A stretch of DNA of 64,000 nt from Octopus sinensis. Its lineage: Eukaryota. The translations under genes and the position numbers were made by a program. Below the pieces are notes generated by a model, which was not told the origin of the DNA, did no database searches, and saw only the letters and a program-made list of their open reading frames with translations. The DNA lies in contig NC_043022.1 in NCBI RefSeq assembly GCF_006345805.1, positions 15,128,001 to 15,192,000 of the forward strand, in the 5' to 3' direction. Below are positions 11,563-24,910 of the stretch, one piece after another. The stretch's first letter is position 1; every line of letters begins with the position of its first letter.

Positions 11563-12032
11563 CAATCCTATTGAAAATGTATGGAATATTCTAGGAGAAC
11601 GTTCGAAAGCCAGAAATCCTAAAACAACTGAGCGATTATGGAATGCCCTTCAGGAAGAATGGAATAAGATCACCCAGCAAGAAATTGGAAATTTAATTTC
11701 CTCATGCAGTCGAAGATGTCAGAGTGTGATTGAAGCTAAAGGGCTTCACACTAAATATTAAATAATTCCAGTATTCTCTGTCATTTTTTATCATTTTGTT
11801 ATTTTTTTCAACCGTTCTGATCATTTTGGCCGCCATGGGTTTTGCAGTAAATCACTAAATCATCCATAACCTTTGTATTATCCTCTCAAATTACACCAAA
11901 ATCTCAAATAATAACAATTAATATTGTATTTATTGTCTGCGAAAATTATAGAATATAAAACTACTTTGATAAAAACTTATACTTACTTTTCTGACGAAAA
12001 CAATGCCGTTCTGAACATTTTGCCCGCCACTG
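11563..12032 (+). mobile_element. Tc1/mariner transposon 3' fragment
   Basis: NPIENVW...LQEEWNKI...[16 protein letters not shown] is a typical Tc1 DDE C-terminus, followed by a TIR ending ...cccgccactg. Confidence 0.85.
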
Positions 12033-12149
12033 TGTTTATATATATATATATTCATTATTAATCATTAACCTACATATCAAATGGTGTTTTTTACGTGCCA
12101 CCTGCACAGGAGCCAGTTCAGTGGCACTGGCAATGACCTCGCACTGGGG

Positions 12150-12495
12150 TCATATAATAGACTTAATCCGTTTGTCCTTGTTTGTCCCGTGTTTAGCCCC
12201 TTGTGGGTAGTAAAGAAATAGGTATTTCGCCTGCCGTTACGTTCTGAGTTCAAATTCTGCCGAGGTCGACTTTGCCTCTCATCCTTTCGGGGTCTATAAA
12301 TTTAGTACCAGTTACGCACTGGGATCGATATAATCGACTTAATCCGTTTGTCTGTCCTTGTTCGTCCTCTCTGTGTTTAGCCCCCTGTGGGTAATAAAGA
12401 AATAGGTATTTCACCTGCCGTTACATTCTGAATTCAAATTCCGCCGAGGTCGACTTTGACTTTCTCCCTTTCAGGGTTGATAAATTAAATTACCG
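12150..12495 (+). mobile_element. SINE family B fragments (tandem)
   Basis: gttctgagttcaaattc.gccgaggtcgactttgcc; other copies at 23265-23485 (+), 52997-53222 (-), 54160-54390 (-) and 63875-63970 (-). Confidence 0.7.
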
Positions 12496-12504
12496 ACATT
12501 TTCA

Positions 12505-13500
12505 ATGGGTATATCCAATCTTCTTGCGCACACACAGGGTATATCCAATATTCTTACACACACACACACAGGTATATCCAATATTCTTACACACACACAC
12601 AGGTATATCCAATATTCTTACACACACACACAGGTATATCCAATATTCTTACACACACACAGGGTATATCCAATATTCTTGCACACACACACACAGGTAT
12701 ATCCAATATTCTTACACACACACAGGTATATCCAATATTCTTACCCACACACACAGGGTATATCCAATATTCTTACACACACACACACACACAGGTATAT
12801 CCAATATTCTTACACACACACAGGGTATATCCAATATTCTTACACACACACACAGGTATATCCAATATTCTTACACACACACACAGGTATATCCAATATT
12901 CTTACACACACACAGGGTATATCCAATATTCTTGCACACACACACACAGGTATATCCAATATTCTTACACACACACAGGTATATCCAATATTCTTACCCA
13001 CACACACAGGGTATATCCAATATTCTTACACACACACACACACACAGGTATATCCAATATTCTTACACACACACAGGGTATATCCAATATTCTTACACAC
13101 ACACACAGGTATATCCAATAGTCTTACACACACACAGGGTATATCCAATATTCTTGCACACACACACACAGGTATATCCAATATTCTTACACACACACAG
13201 GTATATCCAATATTCTTACCCACACACACAGTTATATCCAATATTCTTACACACACACAGGGTATATCCAATATTCTTACACACACACAGGGTATATCCA
13301 ATATTCTTACACACACACACAGGTATATCCAATATTCTTACACACACACAGGGTATATCCAATATTCTTGCACACACACACACAGGTATATCCAATATTC
13401 TTACACACACACAGGTATATCCAATATTCTTACACACACACGGGTATATCCAATATTCTTGCACACACACACACACACGGGCATATCCAATTTTCTTGCA
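12505..13500. repeat. Minisatellite gtatatccaatattctt(ac)n-ag, about 30-36 bp units
   Basis: About 30 units with a variable CA tract. Confidence 0.95.
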
Positions 13501-14385
13501 AACAAAACATTCCTTTAGTCTCGAAGGAAATACACTTAAGCAAGATGGTTGCAATTCCCACAATGGTAACATTCCTGTTTCTCTGTCAGTTTATGAAAGG
13601 AGTTTCCAGATTTCCCTCCAGGTAAGCGTTGCATGTCCTGAATTTCCCCTGGAAAAGACTGATCTCAATTCAACTGCAACCAATATTTTAAGGGCACGCT
13701 CTTACGTCAGTCTCCTTTCACTGGAAGATGTGAATTTAGATCACTTTAACACTTAAATAAATATCAAATGGAAATTGTAATTGTGATACCTCTGCTGGCG
13801 GCATGTAAAAAGCACCATCTGAACATAGTCGATGCCAGCGCCGCCTTGACTGGCTTCTGTGCCGGTGGCATGTGACCTGCTGTGCTTGAGGAGACCTATT
13901 GAGTCCAGTACATGAACATCGAAATAAATATCAAATGGAAATTGTAGTTGTGATACCTGTGCTGGTGGCACGTAAAAAGCACCATCCGAATGTGGCCGAT
14001 GCTAGTGCCCGCTTAACGGGCTTCTGTGCCGGTGGCATGTAAAACGCACCAACCGATCGTGGCCGCTGCCAGCCTCCCCTGGCACATAAAAAGCACCCAC
14101 TACACTCTTGAAGTGGTTGGCGTTAGGAAAGGCATCCAGCTGTAGAAATACTGCCAGATCAGACTGGAGCCTGGTGCAGCCTCCTGGCTTCCCAGATCCC
14201 CGGTCGAACCGTCCAACCCATGCTAGCATGGAAAACGGACGTTAGACGATGATGATTTCTGTTGAAATAAACTGATTTTATTTAAATCAACTCTGAAAAT
14301 AGCGAAGAATTAAGTAAAACAGCTATGTGGTTACGAAGCTGGTTTTGGAACATAAATATGAAACTTAGATGGAAAGCTTCAAATT

Positions 14386-14721
14386 CATCATCGTCATTGT
14401 TCGACCATGGTCGAGACAATGGAATTTACCATGCTACGCCAGACTTCACGGTCCATCATGGCATTACGGAGGTCCTGTTGCTGGATGCCTGTATCCCTGG
14501 AGATTACATCAGGGTAGGAGAGTGTGCGCCCTCTGGTATTGCGAGTAGATGGCTTCCAGAGGAGAAGAGTAGAAATTACTTCTTTTTCAGCTCTACAACA
14601 ATGTCCAGCAAACTGGACTCTCCTACCTTTCACAAGAGATGACACAGGTGGTAGTTTCCCATATATTTGCATTTTGGTTGGATGGCGCTTCCACGAGAGA
14701 TTTTGAGCTCTCATAAGGATT
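14386..14721 (-). mobile_element. 5'-truncated RTE LINE with 12-bp TSD AAGCTTCAAATT
   Basis: Protein RRVQFAGHCCR...LLLWKP...AMMDREVWR is an RTE C-terminus; TSD at 14374-14385 and 14722-14733. Confidence 0.85.
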
Positions 14722-15063
14722 AAGCTTCAAATTAGATTAATTTTAAAAAAAGGAAACTTGTATGACAGCACTAGGGGCTGGGAAGAAAATGGTTAAGTGC
14801 AACACTAACAGTATGAACGTGAAGGGTGTTGGAGGTAATACGAAGACTAAGCACACTTTCCGTTCCCCTGGTTCCACCAAGGGACAAGAAAAAAAAAACA
14901 AAGAAAAAGATTGCTGAACAAATTTTTATTGTTTAAAATATAATTACGATGACAGAATATATAAATTGAAAAAAAAAAAAATTAATTTGTAAATATTTTT
15001 GAAAATTCTAATTTGAAAACTATAAAATTGGAAATAGGAAAATAATTAGAAAAATGTGTAGAA

Positions 15064-15509
15064 AAGGCACCGATCTTTTTGGTGAGTCACTCACAGACAT
15101 GTGAAGGCACCGATCTTTTTGGTGAGTCACTCACAGACATGTGAAGGCACCGATCTTTTTGTGAGTCACTCACAGACATGTGAAGGCACCGATCTTTTTG
15201 GTGAGTCACTCACAGACATGTGAAGGCACCGATCTTTTTGGTGAGTCACTCACAGACATGTGAAGGCACCGATCTTTTTGGTGAGTCACTCACAGACACG
15301 TGAAGGCACCGATCTTTTTGGTGAGTCACTCACAGACATGTGAAGGCACCGATCTTTTTGGTGAGTCACTCACAGACATGTGAAGGCACCGATCGTTTTG
15401 GTGAGTCACTCACAGACATGTGAAGGCACCGATCTCTTTGGTGAGTCACTCACAGACATGTGAAGGCACCGATCTTTTTGGTGAGTCACTCACAGACATG
15501 TGAAGGCAC
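15064..15509. repeat. 40-bp tandem repeat x11, each unit containing TGAGTCA
   Basis: Unit aaggcaccgatctttttggtgagtcactcacagacatgtg, nearly identical copies. Confidence 0.95.
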
Positions 15510-15969
15510 TTTTATTTTCTGAGTCAAAGATATGTTGAATAATGGCATAAATTAATGAGAAATTATTGTGGCATTAACCAAAGGAATTTAAAGACAATAT
15601 TTCATGAAAGAATATGAATTTATACCACAAAGAATAATAATAATAATAATAATAATTCGGTATTGGCCATAAGGACTGCATAAATATTTAAGACATTTGA
15701 AAGGACAACAGGGATTACCATAGAAACGTGTTAACAATAAAACAATAACAATTGGTATAAATAAAAAAGAAAATTGCCAATAGGGAGGAAAACGTGAAAC
15801 GGTCAATGAAGGAGCCCCACAGACCCTGAGTCTCCCTACTCATCAGGAGCACCATGTCTAGTGCTCCCCACTTCTCTGTGCTCCTTGGCCTACAGCTGCC
15901 AGCTTAGAGTAGGCCCACTCGCTCGGCCCATCCTTGCCACATTCACCCAACATTCAACAAGATTATTGG

Positions 15970-16510
15970 TGGGGCAATAATCTTACCAACCACATGGTTC
16001 CGGGTTCAGTCCCACTGCGTGGCACCTTGGGCAAGTGTCTTCTACTATAGCCTCGGGCCGACCAAAACCTTGTGAGTGGATTTGGTAGACGGAAACTGAA
16101 AGAAACCCGTCGTATATATGCAGGAGTGGCTGTGTGGTAAGTAGCTTGTTTACCAACCACATGGTTCCGGGTTCAGTCCCACTGCGTGGCACCTTGGGCA
16201 AGTGTCTTCTACTATAGCCTCGGGCCGACCAAAGCCTTGCGAGTGGATTTGGTAGACGGAAACTGAAAGAAGTCCGTCGTATATATGTATATATATATGT
16301 GCATGTATGTTTGTGTGTCTGTGTTTGTCCCCCTAGCATCACTTGACAACCGATGCTGGTGTGTTTATGTCCCCGTTACTTAACGGTTCGGCAAAAGAGA
16401 CCGATAGAATAAGTACTGGGCTTACAAAGAATAAGTCCCGGGGTCGAGTTGATCGATTAAAAAGGCGGTGCTCCAGCATGGCCGCAGTCAAATGACTGAA
16501 ACAAAAAAAA
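15970..16510 (+). mobile_element. SINE family A with duplicated head
   Basis: Two consecutive head segments then one tail. Confidence 0.8.
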
Positions 16511-16595
16511 GTAAAAAAAAAGTCAAAAAAAAAAAAAAAAAAAATCGACTTCGGATCAAAGTAACTTTCTTATTTTAAAAGAAAACTATATTTTA

Positions 16596-16995
16596 TCTCT
16601 CTATATATAAACGGCAGTTTGTCTGTCCGTGTGTCTGTCAGGTTGTACCCTCACCCTGACCACGGCTTTCAACCGATTCTGATGAAACTTGACACACACA
16701 TAGCCCAATGTCATAATTCAAAACTAACGCAGCGAAAATTTTGAAAAGTTCCCCCAGTTCTGAAAAAAATAGATAAATTCGACATGGGGTCGAGAATCTA
16801 AGCTTTTTATATGCAACACATTTTCTGTCGGGAGACAGCTAGGAACATCGTATACATAGAAGTATTCGAGTGAAGAGAAGACATTGCAACCTACACATGC
16901 GCCTTCGTTCCCTAGAGGGAAAGAACTAGATTGGGATTAGTCGTTGCTTACTAGGGGCTCTTACATACCCGGGCGACGCCGGGCTATGCTGCTAG
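16596..16995 (+). mobile_element. Non-autonomous Helitron
   Basis: 5' end shared with the element at 8008; 3' cccgggcgacgccggg hairpin then CTAG|T. Confidence 0.75.
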
Positions 16996-17255
16996 TCTTT
17001 AATATAAAGAAGTTGTGAAGCCAAAAGTCCCGAAAAAAATGTAACACCTTCACTTGACTTTGACTTCAAAATACTTTCTTAATTTAAAAGCAATCTATAT
17101 TTCATTTAAGCTCAAATGATAAATCAAAACAAGAGTGATCTAAAAATGGTAATTTTGTAGGGGAGAAAAAATGGTGTTAGGCAAAAAGTGCCAAAAAATG
17201 TGACGGTGGGCCTTGTGCCGATAGGAGAAAGGATTATACAAACTAATATATAAAA

Positions 17256-17652
17256 CTAGCAGTATCGCCGGGCGTTGCTCGGGTTTGTAAGGGAAATAAC
17301 TATATAAGCATTTTTAGAGAGTTATAGCCAAAAAATAGCAAAAAAATGCATTAAAAATGGAAAAAAAATGATGGTAAATTTTTTTTAAATCGTTGACTCA
17401 TCGTAGACATTTTTAGAGAGTTACTTCCCTTATATAATAGCAAAAAAATGCATTAAAATGGAAAAAAATGATGGTAAATTTTTTTTTAAATCGTAGACTC
17501 ATCTTAGACGCACGCTAATACCCAGAAAGGCTCGATATGAATCACGACTATAAGATACCCGGTTTTGGTTAAACTGCACCGCAAAATGTGGGAGTAGTTA
17601 GGAATCTAAATCGTAGGAGACAGATACACAACTTCTCTTTTATATATAAAGA
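17256..17652 (-). mobile_element. Non-autonomous Helitron
   Basis: Reverse of the 8008-8374 3' end (ctagcagtatcgccgggcgttgctcggg); ends ...tataaaga|t. Confidence 0.75.
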
Positions 17653-17714
17653 TATACACAGTTGTTTCCCTTGCATCACAGTAAGATTTCTCTCCCCTTT
17701 AGCTTGAGATGAGG

Positions 17715-18165
17715 AATTATTTACATTATTTACATTTGACAGATATTTGTTCTCATCTTGTTTGTTGTTAACACAACGTTTCGGCTGATATACTCTCCAG
17801 CCTTCATCAGGTGTCTTGGGAGAAATTTCGAACCTGGGTTCTCATTCCTGAGGTATTTTTGACGTTATTATTATTATTATTGTTTAGGTCACTGCCGGGA
17901 ATCAAACTCGGAATCTTGGGGGTTAGCAGCCCATGTTCTTAACCACTACGCCATATGGCCTGCGGGTAAGATTCCAGGTTCGATTCCAGGCAGTGACCTG
18001 AGCAATAATAATAATAATAATAACAACAACAAAAACATTGGAAGAATACCTTAGGAATGAGAACCCAGGTTCAAAATTTTCCCAAGACACCTGATGAAGG
18101 CTGGAGGGTACATCAGCCGAAACGTGTTATCAGGATGAGGACAAATATCCGTCAATTCTAAATAC
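17715..18165. mobile_element. Inverted-repeat element with Penelope-like ends
   Basis: Arms at about 17737-17925 and 17968-18157 are reverse complements; each carries a CTGATGA..GAAAC core. Confidence 0.6.
17770..17815 (-). ncRNA. Minimal type I hammerhead-ribozyme-like motif
   Basis: Minus strand reads GACAC-CUGAUGA-a-GGCUG(loop)CAGCC-GAAAC-GUU-GUGUU; stems I and II pair, and stem III is the palindrome ACGU. Confidence 0.5.
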
Positions 18166-18469
18166 TGTTCTTCTCTCTTTCTTTCTCTTTTTTCTCATCA
18201 TGATCCAGTGTAATTAGAGTGTTCTTACAATTTATTTCTTTATTTATTTAGATTAACACTTATTCTTATTTTAATTCAATCATCAAACATGAAAAATAAT
18301 CGAAAAATTATTTTTGCAAAAGTATCAAATAAAATGAAAAATTTTTAATAAGGTAAAATTATAAATTACTGTTACTATTTGTTAGTTTAATTGCATTGTC
18401 AGTAAAAAAAAAGGGGGGGGGGCGGATTACAAATGAAAAATACAGAAAATATGGAGGTTAATGTTCTTA

Positions 18470-19168
18470 AGTTATTACACCGGGAAAAGTACAGGACAAG
18501 TTATTACACCTGGGAAAGTACAGGACAAGTTACTACACCTGGGAAAGTACAGGACAATTTATTACACCTGGAAAAGTACAGGACAAGTTATTACACCTGG
18601 AAAAGTACAGGACAATTTATTACACCTGGGAAAGTACAGGACAATTTATTACACCTGGAAAAGTACAGGACAATTTATTACACCTGGAAAAGTACAGGAC
18701 AATTTATTACACCTGGAAAAGTACAGGACAAGTTATTACACCTGGGAAAGTACAGGACAAGTTATTACACCGGGAAAAGTACAGGACAAGTTATTACACC
18801 TGGGAAAGTACAGGACAAGTTATTACACCTGGAAAAGTACAGGACAAGTTATTACACCTGGGAAAGTACAGGACAAGTTATTACACCGGGAAAAGTACAG
18901 GACAAGTTATTACACCTGGAAAAGTACAGGACAATTATTACACCACCGGAAAAGTACAGGACAAGTTATTACACCTGGGAAAGTACAGGACAAGTTATTA
19001 CACCGGGAAAAGTACAGGACAAGTTATTACACCTGGGAAAGTACAGGACAAGTTATTACACCTGGAAAAGTACAGGACAAGTTATTACACCGGGAAAAGT
19101 ACAGGACAAGTTATTACACCTGGGAAAGTACAGGACAAGTTATTACACCGGGAAAAGTACAGGACAAG
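18470..19168. repeat. 29-bp minisatellite, about 24 units
   Basis: Unit ttattacacctgggaaagtacaggacaag. Confidence 0.95.
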
Positions 19169-19282
19169 CAAATTTATATTTGAAATATTACAGCTATAAT
19201 TAAAACACTAAAAATAATAGCTTTTATTAGCTGCTCTATAATTAAAAAAAGGTAACTCAAATAATTAATTTAAGGCTAACTG

Positions 19283-19487
19283 TTACTCTTTTACTTGTTT
19301 CAGTCATGTGACTGTGGCCATGCTGGGGTATCGCATTTAGTCGAGCATATCGACCCCAGGACTTATTCTTTTGTTAGCCTAGTACTTATTCTATCGGTTC
19401 CTTTTGCCGAACCGCTAAGTTACAGGGACGTAAACACACTGGCATCGGTTGTCAAGCGATGTTGTGGGGACAAACACAGACACATAA

Positions 19488-19522
<35 letters not shown>

Positions 19523-19875
19523 CAACGGGCTTCTTTCAGTTTCCGTCTACCAAATCCACTCACAAGGCTTTGGTCGGCCCGAGGCTTAGTAGAAGACACT
19601 TGCCCAAGGTGCCATGCAGTGGGACTGAACCTGGAAACATGTGGCTGGTAAGCAAGCTACTTACCACACAGCCACTCCTATGCCTATGTTTTTTTTATTT
19701 TTTGATAACATAGGCACAGGAGTGGCTGTGTGGTAAGTAGCTTGCTAACCAACCACATGGTTCTGGGTTCAGTCCCACTGCGTGGCATCTTGGGCAAGTG
19801 TCTTCTGCTATAGCCCCGGGCCGACCAATGCCTTGTGAATGGATTTGGTAGACGGAAACTGAAAGAAGCCTGTCG

Positions 19876-19914
<39 letters not shown>

Positions 19915-20117
19915 TCGTGTTTGTGCCCCTAGCATTGCTTGACAACCGATGCTGGTGTGTTTACGTCCCCCGTCACTTAGCGGTTCGGCAAAAGAGACCG
20001 ATAGAATAAGTACTGGGCTTACAAGGAATAAGTCCCGGGGTCGATTTGCTCGACTAAAGGCGGTGCTCCAGCATGGCCGCAGTCAAATGCCTGAAACAAG
20101 TAAAAGAGTAAAAGAGT
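19283..20117. mobile_element. Head-to-head pair of SINE family A copies
   Basis: 19283-19685 (-) and 19712-20117 (+). Confidence 0.85.
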
Positions 20118-20904
20118 ATAGCCGCAATATTTCAAGTATAAATATGCTTGTCCTGTACTTAAGAACATTAACCTCCATGTGTTTGTATTTTTCATCGTAA
20201 GGTCCCATGTCCTATCACTCCGGTCTATCATAACCACAAATCCTATTCATCATCACTGCTTAATGTCTGCCTTCCATGCTGGCATGGCTGGGACGGTTTG
20301 ACAAGAGCTGACCAGGCAGAAACCTGCGCCAGACTTCTGTAACTGTTTTGGCAGAATTTTTACAGCTGGATGCCTTTCCTAACACCAACCACATTACAGT
20401 GTGGACTGGGTGCTTTTATTATTATTATTATTATTATTATATTATTATTATTATTATTATATGTTTGATTTTTGCTTTGTATTTGTACAAGTTGACTCCA
20501 AGTTTCATTCCAGAGACCTCAAGAGACAACAATTTAAAAGTTCGACTAGGGTGCCATATATTTGGTTTTGCACAGATTATTGTTCTAGAGCAGTGCTTTT
20601 CAACCTTTTTGCTGGAGCGGAACCCCAAGGAAACATTCCACTGGCTTGAGGAACCCCTGTGCAATAATTTAATAGTCTTATGCACACATATCTGCACAGG
20701 AGAATTAAAAATTGCTGCCGATTTTAGCAGTTTTGTAACTTCTTGCGGAACCCTGGTTGAAAACCACTGGTTCTAGAGAATGTTTTGGGAAACAAGAAAA
20801 TTAAAAATTTGTTTTAAAAGTAATTTCATTGTAAGATGGTAGCATGATAAAAGCTACTGACTATTCAAGTACATTTAAAAGTAATTTTGACTATGTTTAC
20901 AGAT

Positions 20905-22121
20905 TAACCCTTTTGTTACCAACCCGGCTGAAACCGGCTCTGGCTCTTTAGTACAAATGTCTTGTTTTCATAAGTTTTGAATCAAAATCTTCTTAGTCAA
21001 AATTATGTTCCTAACACTAGCTTAATGATAACGATGTTATTTTACTAAATTCTTTGTTATATCTAAAGTAATTGGAAGAAATACAGAGCATCTCAAAATA
21101 AATACAGTAATGAAAGGGTTAAAATGTATAATAGAGAAACAATTCTTAACCCTTTCATTACCAACCCAGCTGAAACCGGCTCTGGCTCTGTAATACAAAT
21201 GTCTGGTTTTCATAAGTTTTGAATTAAAATCTTCCACCAAACCTTAGTCAAAATTATGTTCCTAACACTAGCTTAATGATAACGATGTTATTTTACTAAA
21301 TTCTTTGTTATATCTAAAGTAATTGGAAGAAATACAGAGCATCTCAAAATAAATACAGTAATGAAAGGGTTAAAATGTATAATAGAGAAACAATTCTTAA
21401 CCCTTTCATTACCAACCCAGCTGAAACCGGCTCTGGCTCTGTAATACAAATGTCTGGTTTTCATAGTTTTGAATTAAAATCTCCACCAAACCTTAGTCAA
21501 AATTATGTTCCTAACACTAGCTTAATGATAACGATGTTATTTTACTAAATTCTTTGTTATATCTAAAGTAATTGGAAGAAATACAGAGCATCTCAAAATA
21601 AATACAGTAATGAAAGGGTTAAAATGTATAATAGAGAAACAATCTTAACCCTTTCATTACCAACCCAGCTGAAACCGGCTCTGGCTCTGTAATACAAATG
21701 TCTGGTTTTCATAAGTTTTGAATTAAAATCTTCACCAAACCTTAGTCAAAATTATGTTCCTAACACTAGCTTAATGATAACGATGTTATTTTACTAAATT
21801 CTTTGTTATATCTAAAGTAATTGGAAGAATACAGAGCATCTCAAAATAAATACAGTAATGAAAGGGTTAAAATGTATAATAGAGAAACAATTCTTAACCC
21901 TTTCATTACCAACCCAGCTGAAACCGGCTCTGGCTCTGTAATACAAATGTCTGGTTTTCATAAGTTTTGAATTAAAATCTTCCACCAAACCTTAGTCAAA
22001 ATTATGTTCCTAACACTAGCTTAATGATAACGATGTTATTTTACTAAATTCTTTGTTATATTTAAAGTAATTGAAAGAAATACAGAGCATCTCAAAATAA
22101 ATACAGTAACGAAAGGGTTAA
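20905..22121. mobile_element. Five tandem piggyBac-like MITEs, period about 250 bp
   Basis: Each copy reads TTAA-CCCTTT...AAAGGG-TTAA, separated by an identical spacer of about 24 bp. Confidence 0.8.
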
Positions 22122-22715
22122 AGATGTTTTGGGGATTACGTAGACAATTATTATTATTATTATTGAGTGAGAGAGCAGCACATGCCATCAAAGTGAGACT
22201 GGGATACAAGCCGTGAGTTCAAGTCCCACAGTTACATTGGTCTGTATCTCAGTTCCTTCATTGTCTTTGGCATTGTTTGCTGCCGTTGTTGTTGTTGCTG
22301 CTGCTGTTGTCACCTTTGCTATTGTTGTTGTTGCTGCTGACATTGATCTTATTCCTGTTGTTGTTGTTGTTTGCCGTTAGCTCGTCCGTTGTACGTTGCT
22401 CACGCATGGGCTTTCACAGCTTTCATTTTTGGAAATTAATGCTTTCACTTTGAATGATGTCAAAGACAGAGCTTTTGCTTTTCGAAAGATCTTCCGAGTG
22501 ATCCTTCTTGAAAAAATTGGCTCTGTTGTCCCTTTTTGTCCCCCCCCCCTTTTTTTTCAGCAAAAATACAATTATCGTCTGTCTTTTTCTTTTGCGGACC
22601 AAAGTCCCTTTGCACACGTGCACCCCCTCTCTCATTGGTGTCTGGTGATGCTCCTTACTCTCTCCTTCTCTCTCACATACGAACATCACAATGTTTTGCG
22701 TTTTCTCCACATATA

Positions 22716-23257
22716 GGCGCAGGAGTGGCTGTGTGGTAAGTAGCTTGTTTACCGACCGCATGGTTCCGGGTTCAGTCCCACTGCGTGGCACCTTGGGCAA
22801 GTGTCTTCTACTATAGCCTCGGGCCGACCAAAGCCTTGTGAGTGGATTTGGTAGACAGAAACTGAAAGAAGCCCGTCGTATATATATATATATGTATATG
22901 TGTGTGTGTATGTTTGTGTGTCTGTGTCTGTCCCCCTAGCATTGCTTGACAACCGGTGCTGGTGTGTTTACGTCCCCGTCACTTAGCGGAAACTGAAAGA
23001 AGCCTGTCGTATATATGTATATATATATGTATGTGTGTGTGTGTGTTTGTGTGTCTGTGTTTGTACCCCTAGCATTGCTTGACAACCGGTGCTGGTGTGT
23101 TTACGTCCCCGTCACTTAGCGGTTCAGCAAAAAGAGACCGATAGAATAAGCCCTGGGCTTACAAAGAATAAGTCCCGGGGTCGAGTTGCTCGATTAAAGG
23201 CGGTGCTCCAGCATGTCCACAGTCAAATGACTGAAACAAGTAAAAGAGAAAAAGAGT
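22716..23257 (+). mobile_element. SINE family A with internal duplication
   Basis: Head ggcgcaggagtggctgtgtgg; central part repeated. Confidence 0.85.
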
Positions 23258-23492
23258 ATATAAAGGCGACGAGCTGGCAGAATCGTTAGCGCGCCGGGCG
23301 AAATGTGTAGCCGTATTTCGTCTGCTGTTACGTTCTGAGTTCAAATTCCGCTGAGGTCGACTTTTCCTTTCATCCTTCCGGGGTTGATAAATAAAGTGCC
23401 AGTTACGCACTGGGGTCGATGTAATCAACTTAATCCCTTTGTCTTTGTCCGCTCTATGTTTAGCCCCTTGTGGGCAATAAAGAAATATATAT

Positions 23493-23532
<40 letters not shown>

Positions 23533-23972
23533 GCATATATACTAGCAGAGATACCTGGCCTTGCTTGGATTAAAATGGCATAGTTTTAATATTGTTTTAC
23601 TCGTTTCAGTGAAGTGACTGCAGCCATGCTGGAGCACTGCCGTAGGTCGAACAAATCGAGCATTTATTTATTTTTTTGTAAGCCTAGTACTTATTCTGCC
23701 AGTGTCTTTTGTTGAAGCACTAAGTTATGGGGACATAAACACACCAACATCGGTTGTCAAGCAATGATGGGATACAAACACAGACGCGCACACGTATATA
23801 CACACATATACAACAGTCTCCTTTCAGTTTCCGTGTACGAAATCCACTCACAAGGCTTTGGTGAGCCTGAGGCTATAATATATATAATAACAATTTAATA
23901 AATAAAACATATGCATACATACAAAAATATATGTACATACCTACATCTATATGTATATATACATGCATATAT

Positions 23973-24007
<35 letters not shown>

Positions 24008-24910
24008 TACAGGACAGCACAAATAAACGTGGAACACAATGAGAAACGAAAACATAAAATCAAACAAGGAAACGGACTTTTTTTAACAACGAAAAAACAG
24101 AGTACAGGACAAACAATACAAGGAATATTCCCCTTCATCAGCTGCCCCTGGTTCGACTCAATGCGTTTTTCGAAGGTAAGGGCAGAACACGGCCAGGCCG
24201 AAGCAGTCCTTCCCGCAAAAAGAATTAACTAAAATTTTTTTGCGGAGGGGTAAAAAAAAATATATATACACACGCACACACATATATATAAATATACACA
24301 CGCACATATATATATATATATCTTTTACTCTTTTACTTGTTTCAGTCATTTGAGTGTGGCCATGCTGGGGCACCACCTTTTAGTTGAAGAAATTGACCCC
24401 TGGACTTATTCTTTCTAAGCCTGGTGCTAATTCTATCGATATCTTCTACCAAATTGCTAAGTTACAGGGATGTAAGCATACGAACATCAGTTTCTAAATG
24501 ATGGTGGTCGTGGGGGTGAACACACACACACACACATGATGGGCTTCTTTCAATTTCCATCAATCAAATTCACTTACATAGCTTTGGTCGTCCTGAGGCT
24601 ATAGTAGAAGACACTTGCCCAAGGTGTGCCACGCAATGAAACTGAACCCGGAACCATGTGGTTGGTAAGCAAGCTACTTACCACACAGCCACACCCTAGC
24701 AGTTGAGGGAACCTGTGGAAGAGGTAGACCCAAGAAGACCTGGGATGAGGTGGTCAAGCACGACCTTCGAACGTGGAGCCTCACTGAGACCTTTGGAGAT
24801 ATGCTGTGCCTGAGAAGACCTGGCAAGCCAAGTGAGACCATAACCCGTGGCATATGCCAGGGGTGTATAACCAGCCCACTCAATTCAATTTCGCTCAAAT
24901 ATAAGAAAAT

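Noticed and set aside
15064-15509. CRISPR-like appearance of regular repeats (also 9307-10265, 12505-13500 and 18470-19168)
   Set aside because: Units are contiguous with no unique spacers, there are no cas genes and the context is eukaryotic; these are minisatellites.
12505-19203. 410-, 337-, 256- and 240-aa repetitive ORFs
   Set aside because: Open in several frames only because the repeat unit has no stop codon; no other coding evidence.
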